From NCBI RefSeq assembly GCF_902713615.1, contig NC_052166.1, positions 2,404,961 through 2,468,960 on the forward strand: DNA of 64,000 nucleotides. The letters are read 5' to 3'. Source of the stretch: Scyliorhinus canicula. Lineage: Eukaryota. Both the position numbers and the translations under genes were made by a program. Shown in pieces: positions 12,892 to 25,529 of this stretch; the stretch's first letter is position 1; each line of letters opens with the position of its first letter. The notes under the pieces are model-generated. The model did not search any database. It was not told the origin of the DNA and saw only the letters and a list, made by a program, of their open reading frames with translations.

Positions 12892-13828
12892 ATAGAGCCC
12901 GATTAACCGGAACCCAAATGAGCAGGTTCTTCCCGTTGCTGGAGGACAACTATGAGAGGTGCCAAGGAGGCCCGGCCAACCACGCCCACATGTTCTGATC
13001 TTGCCCTGGACTCGCTGGGTACTGGACAGCCTTCTTCGAGGCAATGTCCAAAGTGGTGGGGGTGAGGGTGGAGCCATGCCCGATAGTGGCGGTCTTCGGG
13101 GTATCAGACCAGCCAGATCTATTCCTGGGGAGGAGGGCGGACGCCCTTTGCCTTTGCCTCCCTGATCGCCCGCCGGAGAATCCTGGTCGGCTGGCGGTCA
13201 GCGCCCCCCCCCCCCCCCCCCCCGAGCTGCAGACTGGCTGTCCGACCTCTCGGAATCTCTCCCAAAGGAGAAAATCAAAATCATCATCCGAGAGTCGGAA
13301 GAGGACTTCCACAAAATGGGCGAGTCATTCGAAGCTCTGTTTATAGCCAAGAACTAGGAAGCCAAAGATCAGGGGGGGGGGGGGGGGGGGGGGTAGCCAC
13401 GGCACATTGGGGATGATTGGGGAGGGAGGGGCGGGGGGGGGGGGGGGTCTGGGAAACATGGAACTCAACCAAACCCAACAAGAGGAACATGAGACATGGG
13501 GGGGGGGGGGGGTGGGGGGGGGGGGGGAGTGCAGCTACCTGAACCAAAGGGGGGGGGGGGGGGGGGAAACCAAGAGGGAACCTGTGGGTAATGAAATGCA
13601 GGGAACCACGATCGCCATGGCAATCACTTTAAGGAGGGAAAAAAAGGAAACTGCGCTGGATGTGAAAATAGCTGAAACCGATCTGTGTGTAAATAGTTTA
13701 AGATTTACTTTTCAGTTTTTGCTTTCCCTCTTTTTTCTCATCTCCTAATGTTTGTTCGTATCTAAATCTGTTCTGTACACCAACATCTCAATAAAAACAT
13801 TTAAACAAAACCCATATGAACACCTTAC

Positions 13829-13913
13829 CACATTCTATCGCGGAGACCAGCAGCCACAGTGACAGTAAAGTGCGCAAGGAGCCAACTTGTTTATCTTGCC
13901 CCAGGTTGCCCAT
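13829..13913 (-). CDS. MHC-like alpha chain (putative W-category WA) exon 1, signal peptide MGNLGQDKQVGSLRTLLSLWLLVSAIEC-G
   Basis: Manual translation: ATG at 13913-13911, hydrophobic core LLSLWLLVSA, phase-1 donor G|GTAAGG. The 85-nt coding length is close to class II alpha leader exons. It joins in frame to the 1420-1665 exon. Confidence 0.8.
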
Positions 13914-14779
13914 TGTGTTCCAGCACGTTCAAAACCTCTCGCTCCTCTGAATGAGCTGCCTGTGCCTGTGTCTCTCTCTCTCCCTGTCTCTCTCACACTC
14001 TCTATGACTTTGTCTGTCTCTCACTCTCTCTCTCTCTCTATCACAGACTCATTCCTCCCTCCGGCGATGTATCAAGTGGGCAAAGCCAGGAAACGCCTTG
14101 GCGAATTTAAACGTGTGCAACAAGCGGACGCTGTCTCCTGTTTCTGATCCTGAGGCCCCAGGGCTCAGGCTGTGACTGTGTCAACACAACGACTTGGCAG
14201 GGGGTGAACGTGTGTCCTGTCCAGGGCCAGCCAACCTGTTCGGGCGAGCCTGGGCAAATTGTTCCCCCTCTCAAAGCAGCCTTTAATTTCTGACATAAAG
14301 GAGTGCGATTTGATCTGTAACCTGGAGGACCTCCCCCCCCCCCCCCCCCCCCCCCTCACCACTGCCCTGCCCTGGCACTGTCACCGACAGGGGGCACCGA
14401 GCACTCTATTTCCCCCCCTGAGTTCCTCTTCCTTCACTAACACTGGAGTGTGTCAAACTCAGTTTGTGCCAGGAAATCTGTGGCCAGGGGGCATTTTGAC
14501 ATTCGAAATGCAGTGGGTGAGATGTGTGTGTGTGTGGTGGGGGCATGAATGTGAGGAGATTACCTCGAGTAACACTTTCAACATGGCTTCCCCCCCCCCC
14601 TCTAGTTCCTGCACCCTGCCTCTGATACCCCTATCTGTGGGAACCCCAAGGAGACGTTACCCACCCTGTCCATGATGTTTGATAGTGAAGTAACCTCTGT
14701 TGCTGCCCCCGCCCATTTGTGCACAGCAAGACCCCAATAAAGTCAATAATCAGCATGCACCGTCCCTGTTTGCGTCTAA

Positions 14780-15747
14780 CAGCCTCAAGCGGGGCTGAAT
14801 GGCAGCCTCCTGTTCCTGTGTAACAGGCTGGAGAGGGGCTGAATGGGCTTCTCCTGTTCCTGTGTAATAGGCTTGAGAGGGGCTGAATGGGTCACCTCCT
14901 GTTCCTGTGTAACAGCCTCGAGAGGGGCTGAATGGGTCTCCTCCTGTTCCTGTGTAATAGGCTTGAGAGGGGCTGAATGGGTCTCCTCCTGTTCCTGTGT
15001 AATAGGCTTGAGGGGGGCTGAATGGGCCTCCTCCTGTTCCTGTGTAACAGGCTCGATGGGGCTGAATGGGCCTCCTCCTGTTCCTGTGTAACAGGCTCAA
15101 GGGGTTCTGAATGGGTTACCTCCTGTTTCTGTGTAACAGGCTCGATGGGGCTGAATGGGCCACCTCCTGTTCCTGTGTAACAGGCTCGAGAGGGGTTGAA
15201 TGGGCCTCCTCCTTACCTGTGCAACAGGCTCAAGAGGTTCTGATTGGGTTACCTCCTCTTCCTGTGTAACTGGCTCGAGGATGGTTGAATGGGCCTCCTC
15301 CTGTTCCTGTGTAACAGGTTGGAGAGGGGCTCAATGGGCCTCCTCCTGTTCCTGTGTAACAGGCTGGAGAGGGGCTGAATGGGCCTCCTCCTCTTCCTGT
15401 GTAACTGGCTCGAGGATGGTTGAATGGGCCTCCTCCTGTTCCTGTGTAACAAGCTGGAGAGGGGCTCAATGGGCCTCCTGTTCCTGTGTAACAGGCTGGA
15501 GAGGGGCTGAATGGGCCTCCTCCTGTTCCTGTGTAACAGGCTGGAGAGGGGCTGAATGGGCCTCCTCCTGTTCCTGTGTAACAGGCTTGAGGGGGGCTGA
15601 ATGGGCCTCCTCCTGTTCCTGTGTAACAGGCTTGAGGGGGGCTGAATGGGCCTCCTCCTGTTCCTGTGTAACAGGCTTGAGGGGGGCTGAATGGACTTCC
15701 TCCTATTCTTAACAGGTGAGAGAGAGAGGCTGAATGGGCCTCCTCCT
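14780..15747. repeat. 45-bp minisatellite (GGCTGAATGGGCCTCCTCCTGTTCCTGTGTAACAGGCTGGAGAGG), left half of an array split by the ERV
   Basis: 45-nt periodicity with 42-nt variants. Confidence 0.95.
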
Positions 15748-18700
15748 TGCGAGATTACTGATTTATTGATTCATTGATTTATTAATAACTTTAGGTACTA
15801 ATTGACTGCATTTCTAAAGAATGGAATTAACCAAAATGCCATAACTATGTAAAATCATTGTTTCAGATAATGAAGCAACTATTAAACTTTAGGGTCTTGT
15901 CTGTAGGAATTCAGATATTGTTTCAACAAGCGTTTCATATAATGAATAGACCACTGTATTTCAGTACATTTAGTAATAAGAATGTATCAAATAATTAGTT
16001 ACAGCAAGGTTCATGGCCAGCAGTGGCGTGAGCAAACCTGTTCTCATGAGGCACCGCATGTAGACTCTGAAATATTCCTGACGGATACCAGTAAATCTTA
16101 AGTAACAACTAATGTTTTATTAATAAATTGTCCTCTAAGTAACAGACATGTATTTGGACAAATCAGGAGGTGTCAGCCGAGAATTCGAAACCGATGAGTC
16201 TCGCTCGGGAACTTACCGTTTCAGGAACCCCGGAAGCAGCTGGGAATCACGGGAGCAGATTCCGGACGGCGGATACTCGCAACCGGTAAGTGTTGAAATT
16301 GAGCCGCAGCTGAACCTTCACCAGAGATCAGACTTGCAAAAGCGAGCCTGCCCATCAATGGCTCTCTATAAATCAGCTGACTCGTGTCCTTAACCCTTTC
16401 ATTCCTAGCCCATTCTGAGCTACGTATTGTCCGGTCAGAGCTTTTGTTTTTTCTTTCCTTCTCACACTTGCGAGACTTAAAATTTTATACCACTCTGTAG
16501 TAACCAGAAGATACATTAGATACTGGGGGCCTATTCGCGAAAGCAGCAGCAGGAATTCTTCATTGAGGGCCTAACTGGTGTTTAGTTTTTAATCTAACCA
16601 ATGGAGGGCGAGAGATGTCAATTGGCGGGGTGGTGTGCTACTCCTGCACGATGTGGGACATCACGGACACTTCAGGTGTGCATTCAGTTGCCGAAGCTGA
16701 CCGAATGCGTGGATCGGTTAGTGCAGCAGCCGGAAGCTCTGAGGAGAACACAATTACCTGAAATTGTTATCGATAATAGCTACAGGGATGTGGTCATACC
16801 CAAGGTACGGGAAGGTAGATGGGTGACCGCCAGATGGGGTAGGCAGACGGTGCAGGGGTCTGGCCGTTCTCCTATCTAACAAGCATGCCGTTTTGGATAC
16901 TGATGAGGGGGAAGGTCCATCAGGGGTAACGGCAGCAGCAGTAGCCGGGTGAAGGCACCACGTCTAACCCTGCTGCACAGACGGGGGGGGGGGGGGGGGG
17001 GGTACAAGGCGTAGTAAAGCAATAGTGGTCGGGGATTCAATAGCCAGGGGCACAGATGGGCGCCTCTGTGGCCGTGAAAGGGACCCCAGGATGGTAGTTT
17101 GCCTCCCTGGTGCCAGGTCCTAGATGTCTCTGGGTGGGTACAAAGCATCTTAAAACGGGAAGGAAATCAGGCAGAGGTCAATATCCACATTAGCATGAAT
17201 GACATAGGTGGAAAGAGTAGCAATTTCCTGCAACGGCAATTTAGGGAGTTAGGTAGAAGATTAAAAAGCAGGACCTCAAGGGTAGCGATCTCAGGATTAC
17301 TCCCTGTGCCCCGTGCTAGCGAGGCTGGCAACAGGGATATAGTGCAACTCAACACGTGGCTCAAGAACTGGTGCAGGAGGGGGGGGGGCTTCAGTTTTTT
17401 TGATTACTGGGATGTCTTAAGGTGGGGCCTGTACAAGAAGGACAGGTTACACCTGAACTGGAGGGGCACCAATATCCTGGCTGGGAAGTTTGCTCGTTTT
17501 GTTTGGGTTTTTAAAATAATAATAATAATCTTTATTGTCACAAGTAGGCTTACATTAACACTGCAGTGAAGTTACTGTGAAAAGCCCCTCGTCGCCATAT
17601 TCCGGCACCTGTTCGGGTACACGGTGGGGAATTCAGAATGTCCAAGATATCTAAGAGCACGTCTTTCAGGACTTGTGGGAGGAAACCGGAGCACCCGGAG
17701 GAAACCCACGCAGACACAGGGAGAACGTGCAGACTCCGCACAGACAGTGACCCAAGCCGGGAATCGAACCTGGCACCCTGGTGTTATGAAGCAACAGCGC
17801 TTTGAACTAATGTGGCAGGGTGTTGGGAATCACGACAGTAAGCCAGCAAGTGTAGAGACTGGGGATGAGCATGGTACCAGGTTCAGGCTGGCTAAGGGGA
17901 AGGACAGGCTGGGGGAGATCGAACTCAGTGGACCTGGAGGTCTGGAGTGTATCTGCTTCAACGCACGGAGTGTAACAGGTAAGACAGATGAACTTAAGAG
18001 CCTCGATTGATGCGTGGAACCTGTTTGCTGTAATTATAGAATTTACAGTACAGAAGGAGGCCATTCGGCCCATCGAATCTGCACCGGCTCTTGGAAAGAG
18101 CACCCAACCCATGGTCAACACCTCCACCCTATCCCCATAACCCAGTAACCCCACCCAACACTACGGGCAATTTTGGACACTAAGGGCAATTTAGCCTGGC
18201 CAATCCACCCAACCTGCACATCTTTGGACTGTGGGAGGAAACTGGAGCACCCGGAGGAAACCCACGCACACACGGGGACGATGTGCAGACTCCACACAGA
18301 CAGTGACCCAAGCCGGAATCGAACCTGGGACCCTGGAGCTGTGAAGCAATTGTGCTATCCACAATGCTACCGTAATGAAGACTTGGTCAAAAAAGGTACA
18401 GGACTGGCTAAATATTGCAGGATTTAGGTGTTTTAGGCGAGGGGGGGGGGAAGGCAAAAGAGGTAAATAAATAAAAATCAACGGTGGGGGAGTTGCAATA
18501 CTGGTTAGGGAACATAGTACAGCTGTACAGAGGGAGGACACCATGGAAGAATCAAGTAACGAGGCACTGTGGGTAGAGCTCAGAAACAGGAAGGGGCAGT
18601 CACTATGATGGGGGTTCACTACAGGCCTCCCAACAGAACAGATATGTAAGCACTGCCAAGTGAGGTGGTTAAGGCAGATTCGTTAGAGACCTTTAAGACT

Positions 18701-19158
18701 TATCTGGATAGGCACATGAACAGCCGGGGTACAGAAGGCTACAGGCGGTTGATCTAGATAGGACACGTGATCAGCGCAGGCTTGGAGAGCCGAAGGGCCT
18801 GTTCCTGTGCTGTATTGTTGTTTGCTATTTGTTCTTTGTAAATTAGGGATTAGACCATAGATAAGGATTCCCTTAAAAGTAAAACCTCGTGGTCAAGGGC
18901 TCGTTCCTGAGTTCCTGCCTCCCCGAATTCTTGAATTATCCTGTTCATTTATTTTTAAAAGTGATTTCTTTATGCTTTTATGATTATTGATTTCCTTTGC
19001 CATGTATTTGACCAACTCGTGTATTGTTTGATATTTTGTTTCTAAGTTTAGACGGAGTTCATAAGCAAGTGAATAATTAACAATAAAGTTGTACTTTGGA
19101 CACCGGCAATCAACCGGACACTCGATTTCTATTAGAAGATAAAATAACAGATTGTACA
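15748..19158 (+). mobile_element. ERV 5' LTR (about 770 bp: 15748-16198 plus 18838-19158), split by a CR1 insertion
   Basis: Colinear similarity to 29053-29078 plus 31881-32631; ends TACA just before the PBS. Confidence 0.85.
16199..18837 (+). mobile_element. CR1 LINE with 5' UTR, ORF1 (zinc finger plus SGNH esterase), EN start and 3' end; internally deleted; two SINEs inserted
   Basis: VVCYSCTMWDI; AIVVGDSIARG (GDS esterase motif); CICFNARS (EN start); tail GAAGGGCCTGTTCCTGTGCTGT. Confidence 0.8.
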
Positions 19159-19161
19159 ATT

Positions 19162-19179
19162 TGGCAAGCCAGCCAGGAG
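19162..19179 (+). other. ERV primer binding site, tRNA-Arg(ACG)
   Basis: TGGCAAGCCAGCCAGGAG is a 17/18 match to the complement of the vertebrate tRNA-Arg(ACG) 3' end (CTCCTGGCTGGCTCGCCA), 3 nt after the LTR end. The tRNA sequence is recalled, not searched. Confidence 0.8.
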
Positions 19180-20022
19180 GGCAAAGAAGAGGACTAAAAA
19201 CCACACTGACGCATCGGGTAGCAAATCAGCAGAACCGCGGTGAGAGACCTTCAAATCTGTGACTGTTTATAGTCGGTAACTTCCTACATTCTCCTTATGA
19301 ACAAGTCCGTGTTAGATGCTCCCTGATTTTAATGAGCCAACTCTGAAGGAGAAACGAGACTATAGCAAGTACCAACAACATAGAACATACAGCACAGAAC
19401 AGGCCCTTCGGCCCTCGATGTTGTGCCGAGCAATGATCACCCTACTTAAACCCACGTAACCCGTATACCCGTAACCCAACAATCCCCCCATTAACCTTAC
19501 ACTACAGGCAATTTAGCATGGCCAATCCACCTAACCCACACATCTTTGTACTGTGGGAGGAAACCGGAGCACCCGGAGGAAACCCACGCACACACAGGGA
19601 GGACGTGCAGACTCCACACAGACAGTGACCCAGCCGGGAATCGAACCTGGGACCCTGGAGCTGTGAAGCATTGATGCTAACCACCATGCTACCGTGAGGC
19701 AACAATGATTGTGAAATAAAAGAACAGAAGGATCAATTAGGAGCAGTTTGTGAAGAGCTAAAGAGAGAACATCCCAAACTTGAAAGGCTAGAAAAGTTAG
19801 AGGAAGAAGTTGCAAAACTTAAACATGAAGTATTTGAGCTGAATTTAGAAAAAGTGAGCTACGATTAGGAAAAGGCGAATTGGGATCGGAAAATGTGAAG
19901 CTTAAAATGGAAGAATCAAGACTTCTGATTCAGAATAGAGGAATTGAAAAGTAGGATACTGGAGGAATCCTGGCCTGGGGGGAACGTTTATCCAATGGGG
20001 CTCAACACCTATGTGACTAAGG

Positions 20023-21570
20023 CAGGCATTTTCAAAGTGGGGGTCGCGACCTGCGGGTGGGTCCCGAAGGTCGGCCAGCGTGGGTCACGATAGTCAGCCA
20101 GCGTGGGTCCCGAAAGTCGGCCAGAGTGGGTCACGAAGGTCAGCCGGCGTGGGTCACGAAGATCGGCTGGCGTGGGTCACGAAGGTCGGCTGACGCTGGT
20201 CGCGAGTGTCGGCTGGCGTGGGTCACGAAGGTCGGCCGGCGTGCGTCCCGAAGGTCGGCCATCGTGGGTCCCGAAGGTCGGCCAGCGTGGGTCACGAAGG
20301 TCGGCCGGCGTGCGTCCCGAAGGTCGGCCATCGTGGGTCCCGAAGGTCGGCCATCGTGAGTCCCGAAGGTCGGCCAGTGTGGGTCCCGAAGGTCGGCCAG
20401 TGTGGGTCCCGAAGGTCGGCCAGCGTGGGTCCCGAAGGTCGGCCAGCGTGGGTCCCGAAGGTCGGCCAGCGTGGGTCCCGGAGGTCGGCCAGCGTGGGTC
20501 CCGAAGGTCGGCCAGCGTGGGTCCCGAAGGTCGGCCAGCGTGGGTCCCGAAGGTCGGCCAGCGTGGGTCCCGGAGGTCGGTCAGCGTGGGCCCCGAAGGT
20601 CGGCCAGTGTGGGTCCCGAAGGTCGGCCAGTGTGGGTACCGAAGGTCGGCCAGCGTGGGTACCGAAGGTCGGCCAGCGTGGGTCCCGAAGGTCGGCCAGT
20701 GTGGGTCCCGAAGGTCGGCCAGTGTGGGTCCCGAAGGTCGGCCAGTGTGGGTCCCGAAGGTCGGCCAGCGTGGGCCCCGAAGGTCGGCCAGCGTGGGCCC
20801 CGAAGGTCGGCCAGCGTGGGTCCCGAAGGTCGGCCAGTGTGCGTCCCAAAGGTCGGCCAGCGTGGGTCCCGAAAGTCGGCTAGTGTGGGTGCCGAAGGTC
20901 GGCCGGCGTGGGTCCCGAATATCGGCCAGTGTGGGTCCCGAAGGTCGGCCAGCGTGGGTCCCGAAGGTCGGCCAGTGTGGGTCCCGAAAGTCGGCTAGTG
21001 TGGGTGCCGAAGGTCGGCCAGCGTGGGTACCGAAGGTCGGCCAGTGTGGGTCCCGAAGGTCGACCAGCGTGGGTCCCGAAGGTCGCCCAGTGTGGGTCCC
21101 GAAGGTCGGCCAGCGTGGGTCCCGAAGGTCGGCCAGAGTGGGTCCCGAAGGTCGGCCAGCGTGGGCCCCGAAGGTCGGCCAGCGTGGGTCCCGAAGGTCG
21201 GCCAGCGTGGGTCCCGAAGGTCGGCCAGCGTGGGTCCCGAAGGTCGGCCAGCGTGGGTACCGAAGGTCGGCCAGCGTGGGTCCCGAAGGTCGGCCAGCGT
21301 GAGTCCCGAAGGTCGGCCAGAGTGGGTCCCGAAGGTCGGCCAGCGTGGGTCCCGAAGGTCGGCCAGCGTGGGTACCGAAGGTCGGCCAGTGTGGGTCCCG
21401 AAGGTCGGCCAGCGTGGGTCCCGAAGGTCGGCCAGCGTGGGTACCGAAGGTCGGCCAGTGTGGGTCCCGAAGGTCGACCAGCGTGGGTCCCGAAGGTCGG
21501 CCAGTGTGCGTCCCTAAGGTCGGCCGATTGGTAAAAGTGGGTCCCCGGAAAAAAAGTTTGAAAAACACTG
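20023..21570. mobile_element. Non-autonomous hAT-type DNA transposon filled with a 23-bp tandem array
   Basis: Exact 8-bp TSD GACTAAGG (20015-20022 / 21571-21578); imperfect TIRs CAGGCATTTTCAAA / CAGTGTTTTTCAAA (reverse complement of the right end). Confidence 0.88.
20050..21530. repeat. CpG-rich 23-bp minisatellite (GTGGGTCCCGAAGGTCGGCCAGC), about 64 copies
   Basis: Direct periodicity, e.g. unit starts at 20402 and 20425. The long ORFs here are repeat artefacts. Confidence 0.95.
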
Positions 21571-21849
21571 GACTAAGGCCCGACCCTGAAACAGGTTTGA
21601 TCCCAGCAGCCCCACCCTTACCTCGGCCTCTGTCAGTCCGTGAGGTAATACACGCCACTCCAAACATAAGACGTACCGTCCCAATGACGTTCGCCGTAAC
21701 CGTAAGTCCTTCCGTGACAGCTTCGCTTAATTCCAAAGTAAAAATGATTCAACCAAAACATTTGAAAAATAAATCAGCGGAAAGGGCCCCGGAATCCGAG
21801 TGGATAACTGGGAATCCTCGCAATCCGGGAGCGGTTCTGGTGAATAGGA

Positions 21850-22820
21850 TTTTTAAAAATATTTTACTGAGGCATTTGTATATATTTACACATCAAACAC
21901 AACCATAAAACAAAACAAGCCAATGGGGTTGGAAATAACCAAATCACCTAAATATCTAACAGCCCACCATCCCGCAAAGAAGTTGATGAACAGCTGCCAT
22001 CTCCGGTTGATGAACAGCTGCCATCTCCGGGAAACCCCTCCCCAGACCCTCGCACGACAAACTTTATTGTCTCTAACCAAAGAAACTCTGCTAGGTCACT
22101 CACCCAAACCCCCCCGGTATCAGGGACACCCGAGTCCCTCCATACCAACAATATCCACCTCCGGGCTACCATGGAAACAAAGGCCAAAACATCGGCCTCT
22201 CTCTCGCCCACTGGGCTCCCGGGTCTTTTGACACCCGAAGATCGCCACTTCTGGACTGGGGATCCCCTTCAGGACCTCCAACATAACGTCGGCAAACCCC
22301 TGCCAGAGTCCCCCAAACTTCGGACAGGCCCAGAACATGTGGACACGATTCGCGGGTGCCCCACGCACCGCCCTTCAAAACAGCTACTCATCCTGGCCAC
22401 CATCATGTGTGCCCTGTGGACCACCTTAAACTAGGCTAAGCCTGGCACACGACGAGGGTGCATTCACCCTCCTCAGAGCCTCCTCCCAGTACCCAGCCCA
22501 CCCAACTCTTCCTCCCAGTTACGCTTCACTATCTCTGTCAGGACTTTGTAAATTTCCGGCACCTTCCCTCCCTGACCCCTGCTGTTGACACCATCTTGTC
22601 CTGTAGCCCCTGGGGTGGCAAGTGAGGAAAGGACGGCACCTGCTTCCAGACCAAAATCTTCACCTGCAAATACCGGAACACATTCCCAACGGGTAATTCA
22701 CAATTCCTCCTGCAACCCCGCCAACCCCGAGAAGCTGCCCCCAATAAATAGGTCCCCAATCTGCTCAATCCCCTCCCGTTACTATCCCGGAACCCCCCCC
22801 CCCGGGACAAACTGATGATT
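21850..22820 (-). mobile_element. L1/Tx1-like LINE 3' fragment inserted in the ERV
   Basis: HMFWACPKF (C-terminal CCHC region) and ARRWILLVW on the minus strand; similar to 12895-13400. Confidence 0.75.
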
Positions 22821-23172
22821 CCCACAGATCAGTGCCTAAACCGAGGCCACCTCCAGCCTCCTACTGTATTTCACAAGGCCTTACTGAACCATTTGAGGGG
22901 AATTGCCTGAATTGCCCTCCACCATTATCCAGTATGTAGATGACATCCTGTTCGCCATCATTAAGGAAGAGGATCATGAGAAAGATTTACGCTTTCTTCT
23001 GGACCTTCGCAGCCAGAGGGGACAGAAAGCCAACACAGCCAAGGCACAAAGTGCTCAACATGACGTTATCAACTTTGGTCCGAAGATTTCAAAGGCTAAA
23101 AGAGAACTTACCCAAAACAGAACAGAGGAGGTTCAGATGGTAAAGAGCCCAGCACTGTCCCAGGGCTGACAT

Positions 23173-23680
23173 CTTGTGTGCAGTCCTGGTCGCCTCATTA
23201 TAGGAAGGACGTGGATGCTTTGGAGAGGGTACAGAGGAGATTTACCAGGATGCTGCCTGGACTGGAGGGCATGTCTTATGAAGAAAGGTTGAGGGAGCTC
23301 GGGAATTTCTCACTGGAGCGAAGAAGGCAGAGGGGTGACTTGGTAGAAGTGTACAAGGTGATGAGGGGCATGGATGGATAGCCAGAGCCTTTTCCCCAGG
23401 GCAGTCACAAGGGGACATAATTTTGAGGTGATTGGAGTAAGGTATAGGGGAGATGTCAGAGGCAGGTTCTTTACACAGAGATTGGTGGGTGTGTGGAATG
23501 CACGGCCAGCAGAGGTGGTGGAGACAGAGTCATTAGGGACATTTAAGCGACTCTTAGACAGGCACATGAATAGGAATAAGTTGAAGGGATGTAGATTAGG
23601 TTGATCTTAGATTAGGATAAATGGTCAGCACAACATTGTGGGCCCAAGAGCCTGGACTGTGCTGTACTAGAACATAGAAC
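23173..23680 (+). mobile_element. CR1 3' fragment inserted in ERV pol
   Basis: WSPHYRKDVDALERVQRRFTRM; 3' tail GGGCCCAAGAGCCTG. Confidence 0.9.
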
Positions 23681-24829
23681 AGTACAGCACAGAACAGGCC
23701 CTTCGGCCCTCAATGTTGTGCCGAGCAATGATCACCCTACTTAAACCCACGTAACCCGTATCCCAACAATCCCCCCATTAACCTTACACTACGGGCAATT
23801 TAGCATGGCCAATCCACCTAACCCGCACATCTTTGGACTGTGGGAGGAAACCGGAGCACCCGGAGGAAACCCACGCACACACGGGGAGGACGTGCAGACT
23901 CCGCACAGACAGTGACCCAGCCGGGAATCGAACCTGGGATCCTGGAGCTGTGAAGCATTGATGCTAACCACCATGCTACCGTGTTCCATGTTCTATGTTC
24001 TCAGGCAGAGGGGACAGAAAGCCAACATAGCCAAGGCACAAAGTGCGCAACATGATGTTATCTACTTTGGTCAGAGGATTTCAAAGGCGAAAAGAGAACT
24101 TACCCAAAACAGAACAGAGGAAGTTCAGATGGTGAAGAGCCCACCACTGCCCAAGGACTGACATATTTTCTGGGTTTGTGAAACTTTAACAGAAGTTGGA
24201 TTGATTCATGCACACAATTAGCACAACCATTGAATGACATCTTAAAGGGAAACCGGAAATCAAAAGAGGAAATCACCCTCACAACAGAACAGAATAATAA
24301 TCATAATCGCTTATTGTCACAAATAGGCTTCAATGAAGTTGCTGTGAAAAGCCCCTAGTCACCACATTCCGGCGCCTGTTCGGGGAGGCCGGTACGGGAG
24401 CAAAACCTCTGTGAATCTGAATCTCAGAACCTGCTCTCGGAATTCCCAACAGCGGGAAACCATTTTCCTTATTTGTTGATGAGAAAGAAGGATATGTGAC
24501 AGCAATTCTAGCACAGGAACATGGGGATCAACAGTGGCCAATTGGGTACTCGTCAGGAAAATTGGCTCCATTCCAGAAAGGTTGGTGGGGTCGAGGATTC
24601 AAGAAGGTGGTAGCAGACCGTTCCGTCATCTGTCAGAAGGACAATTCAGGACCTAAGACATCCGTGTCTCAGTTACGAGTTCCTTTCGGCCGATTATATT
24701 GTCCCTTCAGCCATGTCAGGGACACACAGACGTCCTGATAATAGTGGACACGTTTTCCAGATGGGTAGAGGCTGTTCCAGCCATAAGAGCTACAGCCAGA
24801 CACACAGCTAAGGTTCTATGCACAGACTA

Positions 24830-25529
24830 TGGGCGCGATTGTCCCAGCCCCACGCCGGGCCGGAGAATCGCCGCAACCGCGCCACACCGCCAAGCCGCCC
24901 CGACGCCGGCACGCGATTCTCCGAGGTGCGGAGAATTGCCGCCATTTACGCTGGCGCGTTTGGCGCGGCACCGGTTGCGAACCGCTGTCCGCGGCCGGGC
25001 CACCGATTCACCGGCCCGGATGGGCCGAGTGGCCGCCCGGAAACGGCAGAGTCCCGCCGGTGCCGTTCAACGCTGGTCGCTGCCGGCGGGAACTCTGCGC
25101 GAAGGGTCGGAGGGCGGCCTATCGGGCGGGGAAAAGCACTCCGTCACCGGGAGGGGGGGGAGGGGAGAGGCCTTCGATGGGGTCTGGCCCACGATCAGGG
25201 CTCACCGATTGGCAGGCCAGCCTCTCACTCCCCGGGCCTACTTTGTTCTGCTACCAGCCCCAGAACCCCTGCGCCATGTTGCGTCGGGGTCCGAGCATTC
25301 CGCGAGTGTACCGCGCATGCCTCGGTTGGCGCTACGCCACTGCGCATGCGCGGGTTGGCGCCGCCCCCAGCCCATGCCAGGGTGTAAGGCTGGAGCGGCG
25401 TGAACTGCTCCAGCGCTGTGCTGGCCCCCAGAATCGGTTGTCCCCGCGCCCGTTTCGCCTCATTGTGAAACGCCAACACCGTTCACGACAGCGCGAACAC
25501 TTAGTCTCCATTTTAGGGAATGACGCCCA
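24830..25529. mobile_element. GC-rich MITE (same family) inserted in ERV integrase
   Basis: Ends GGGCGCGATT / AATGACGCCC; removal rejoins ..LCTDY-IPRWG..; shares CATGCGCGGGTTG motifs with 12269-12891. Confidence 0.75.

Larger units (their letters stand above)
5100..13810 (+). mobile_element. L1/Tx1-like LINE ORF2, fragmented by at least six nested insertions, antisense in alpha-gene intron 1
   Basis: Colinear pieces: EN end (FSFFSHV...ISDH) 5300-6040; RT (SYRPISLLN, LDAVKAFDR, LYVDDLLL) 8720-9750; 10350-10675; 11310-11472; 12110-12268; C-terminus (HMFW-like) 12892-13400; AATAAA plus A-rich end at 13791-13810. Confidence 0.85.

Noticed and set aside
14111-14204. Leader-like reading TCATSGRCLLFLILRPQGSG close to the alpha leader, as a candidate beta exon 1
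   Set aside because: No in-frame ATG (TAA immediately upstream), and the best donor is phase 0. The 33706-33796 exon has an ATG, a good signal peptide and a consensus phase-1 donor.
20050-21530. CRISPR-like appearance of the 23-, 33-, 45- and 69-bp periodic arrays
   Set aside because: Units are contiguous with no unique spacers, there are no cas genes, and the context is vertebrate. They are minisatellites.
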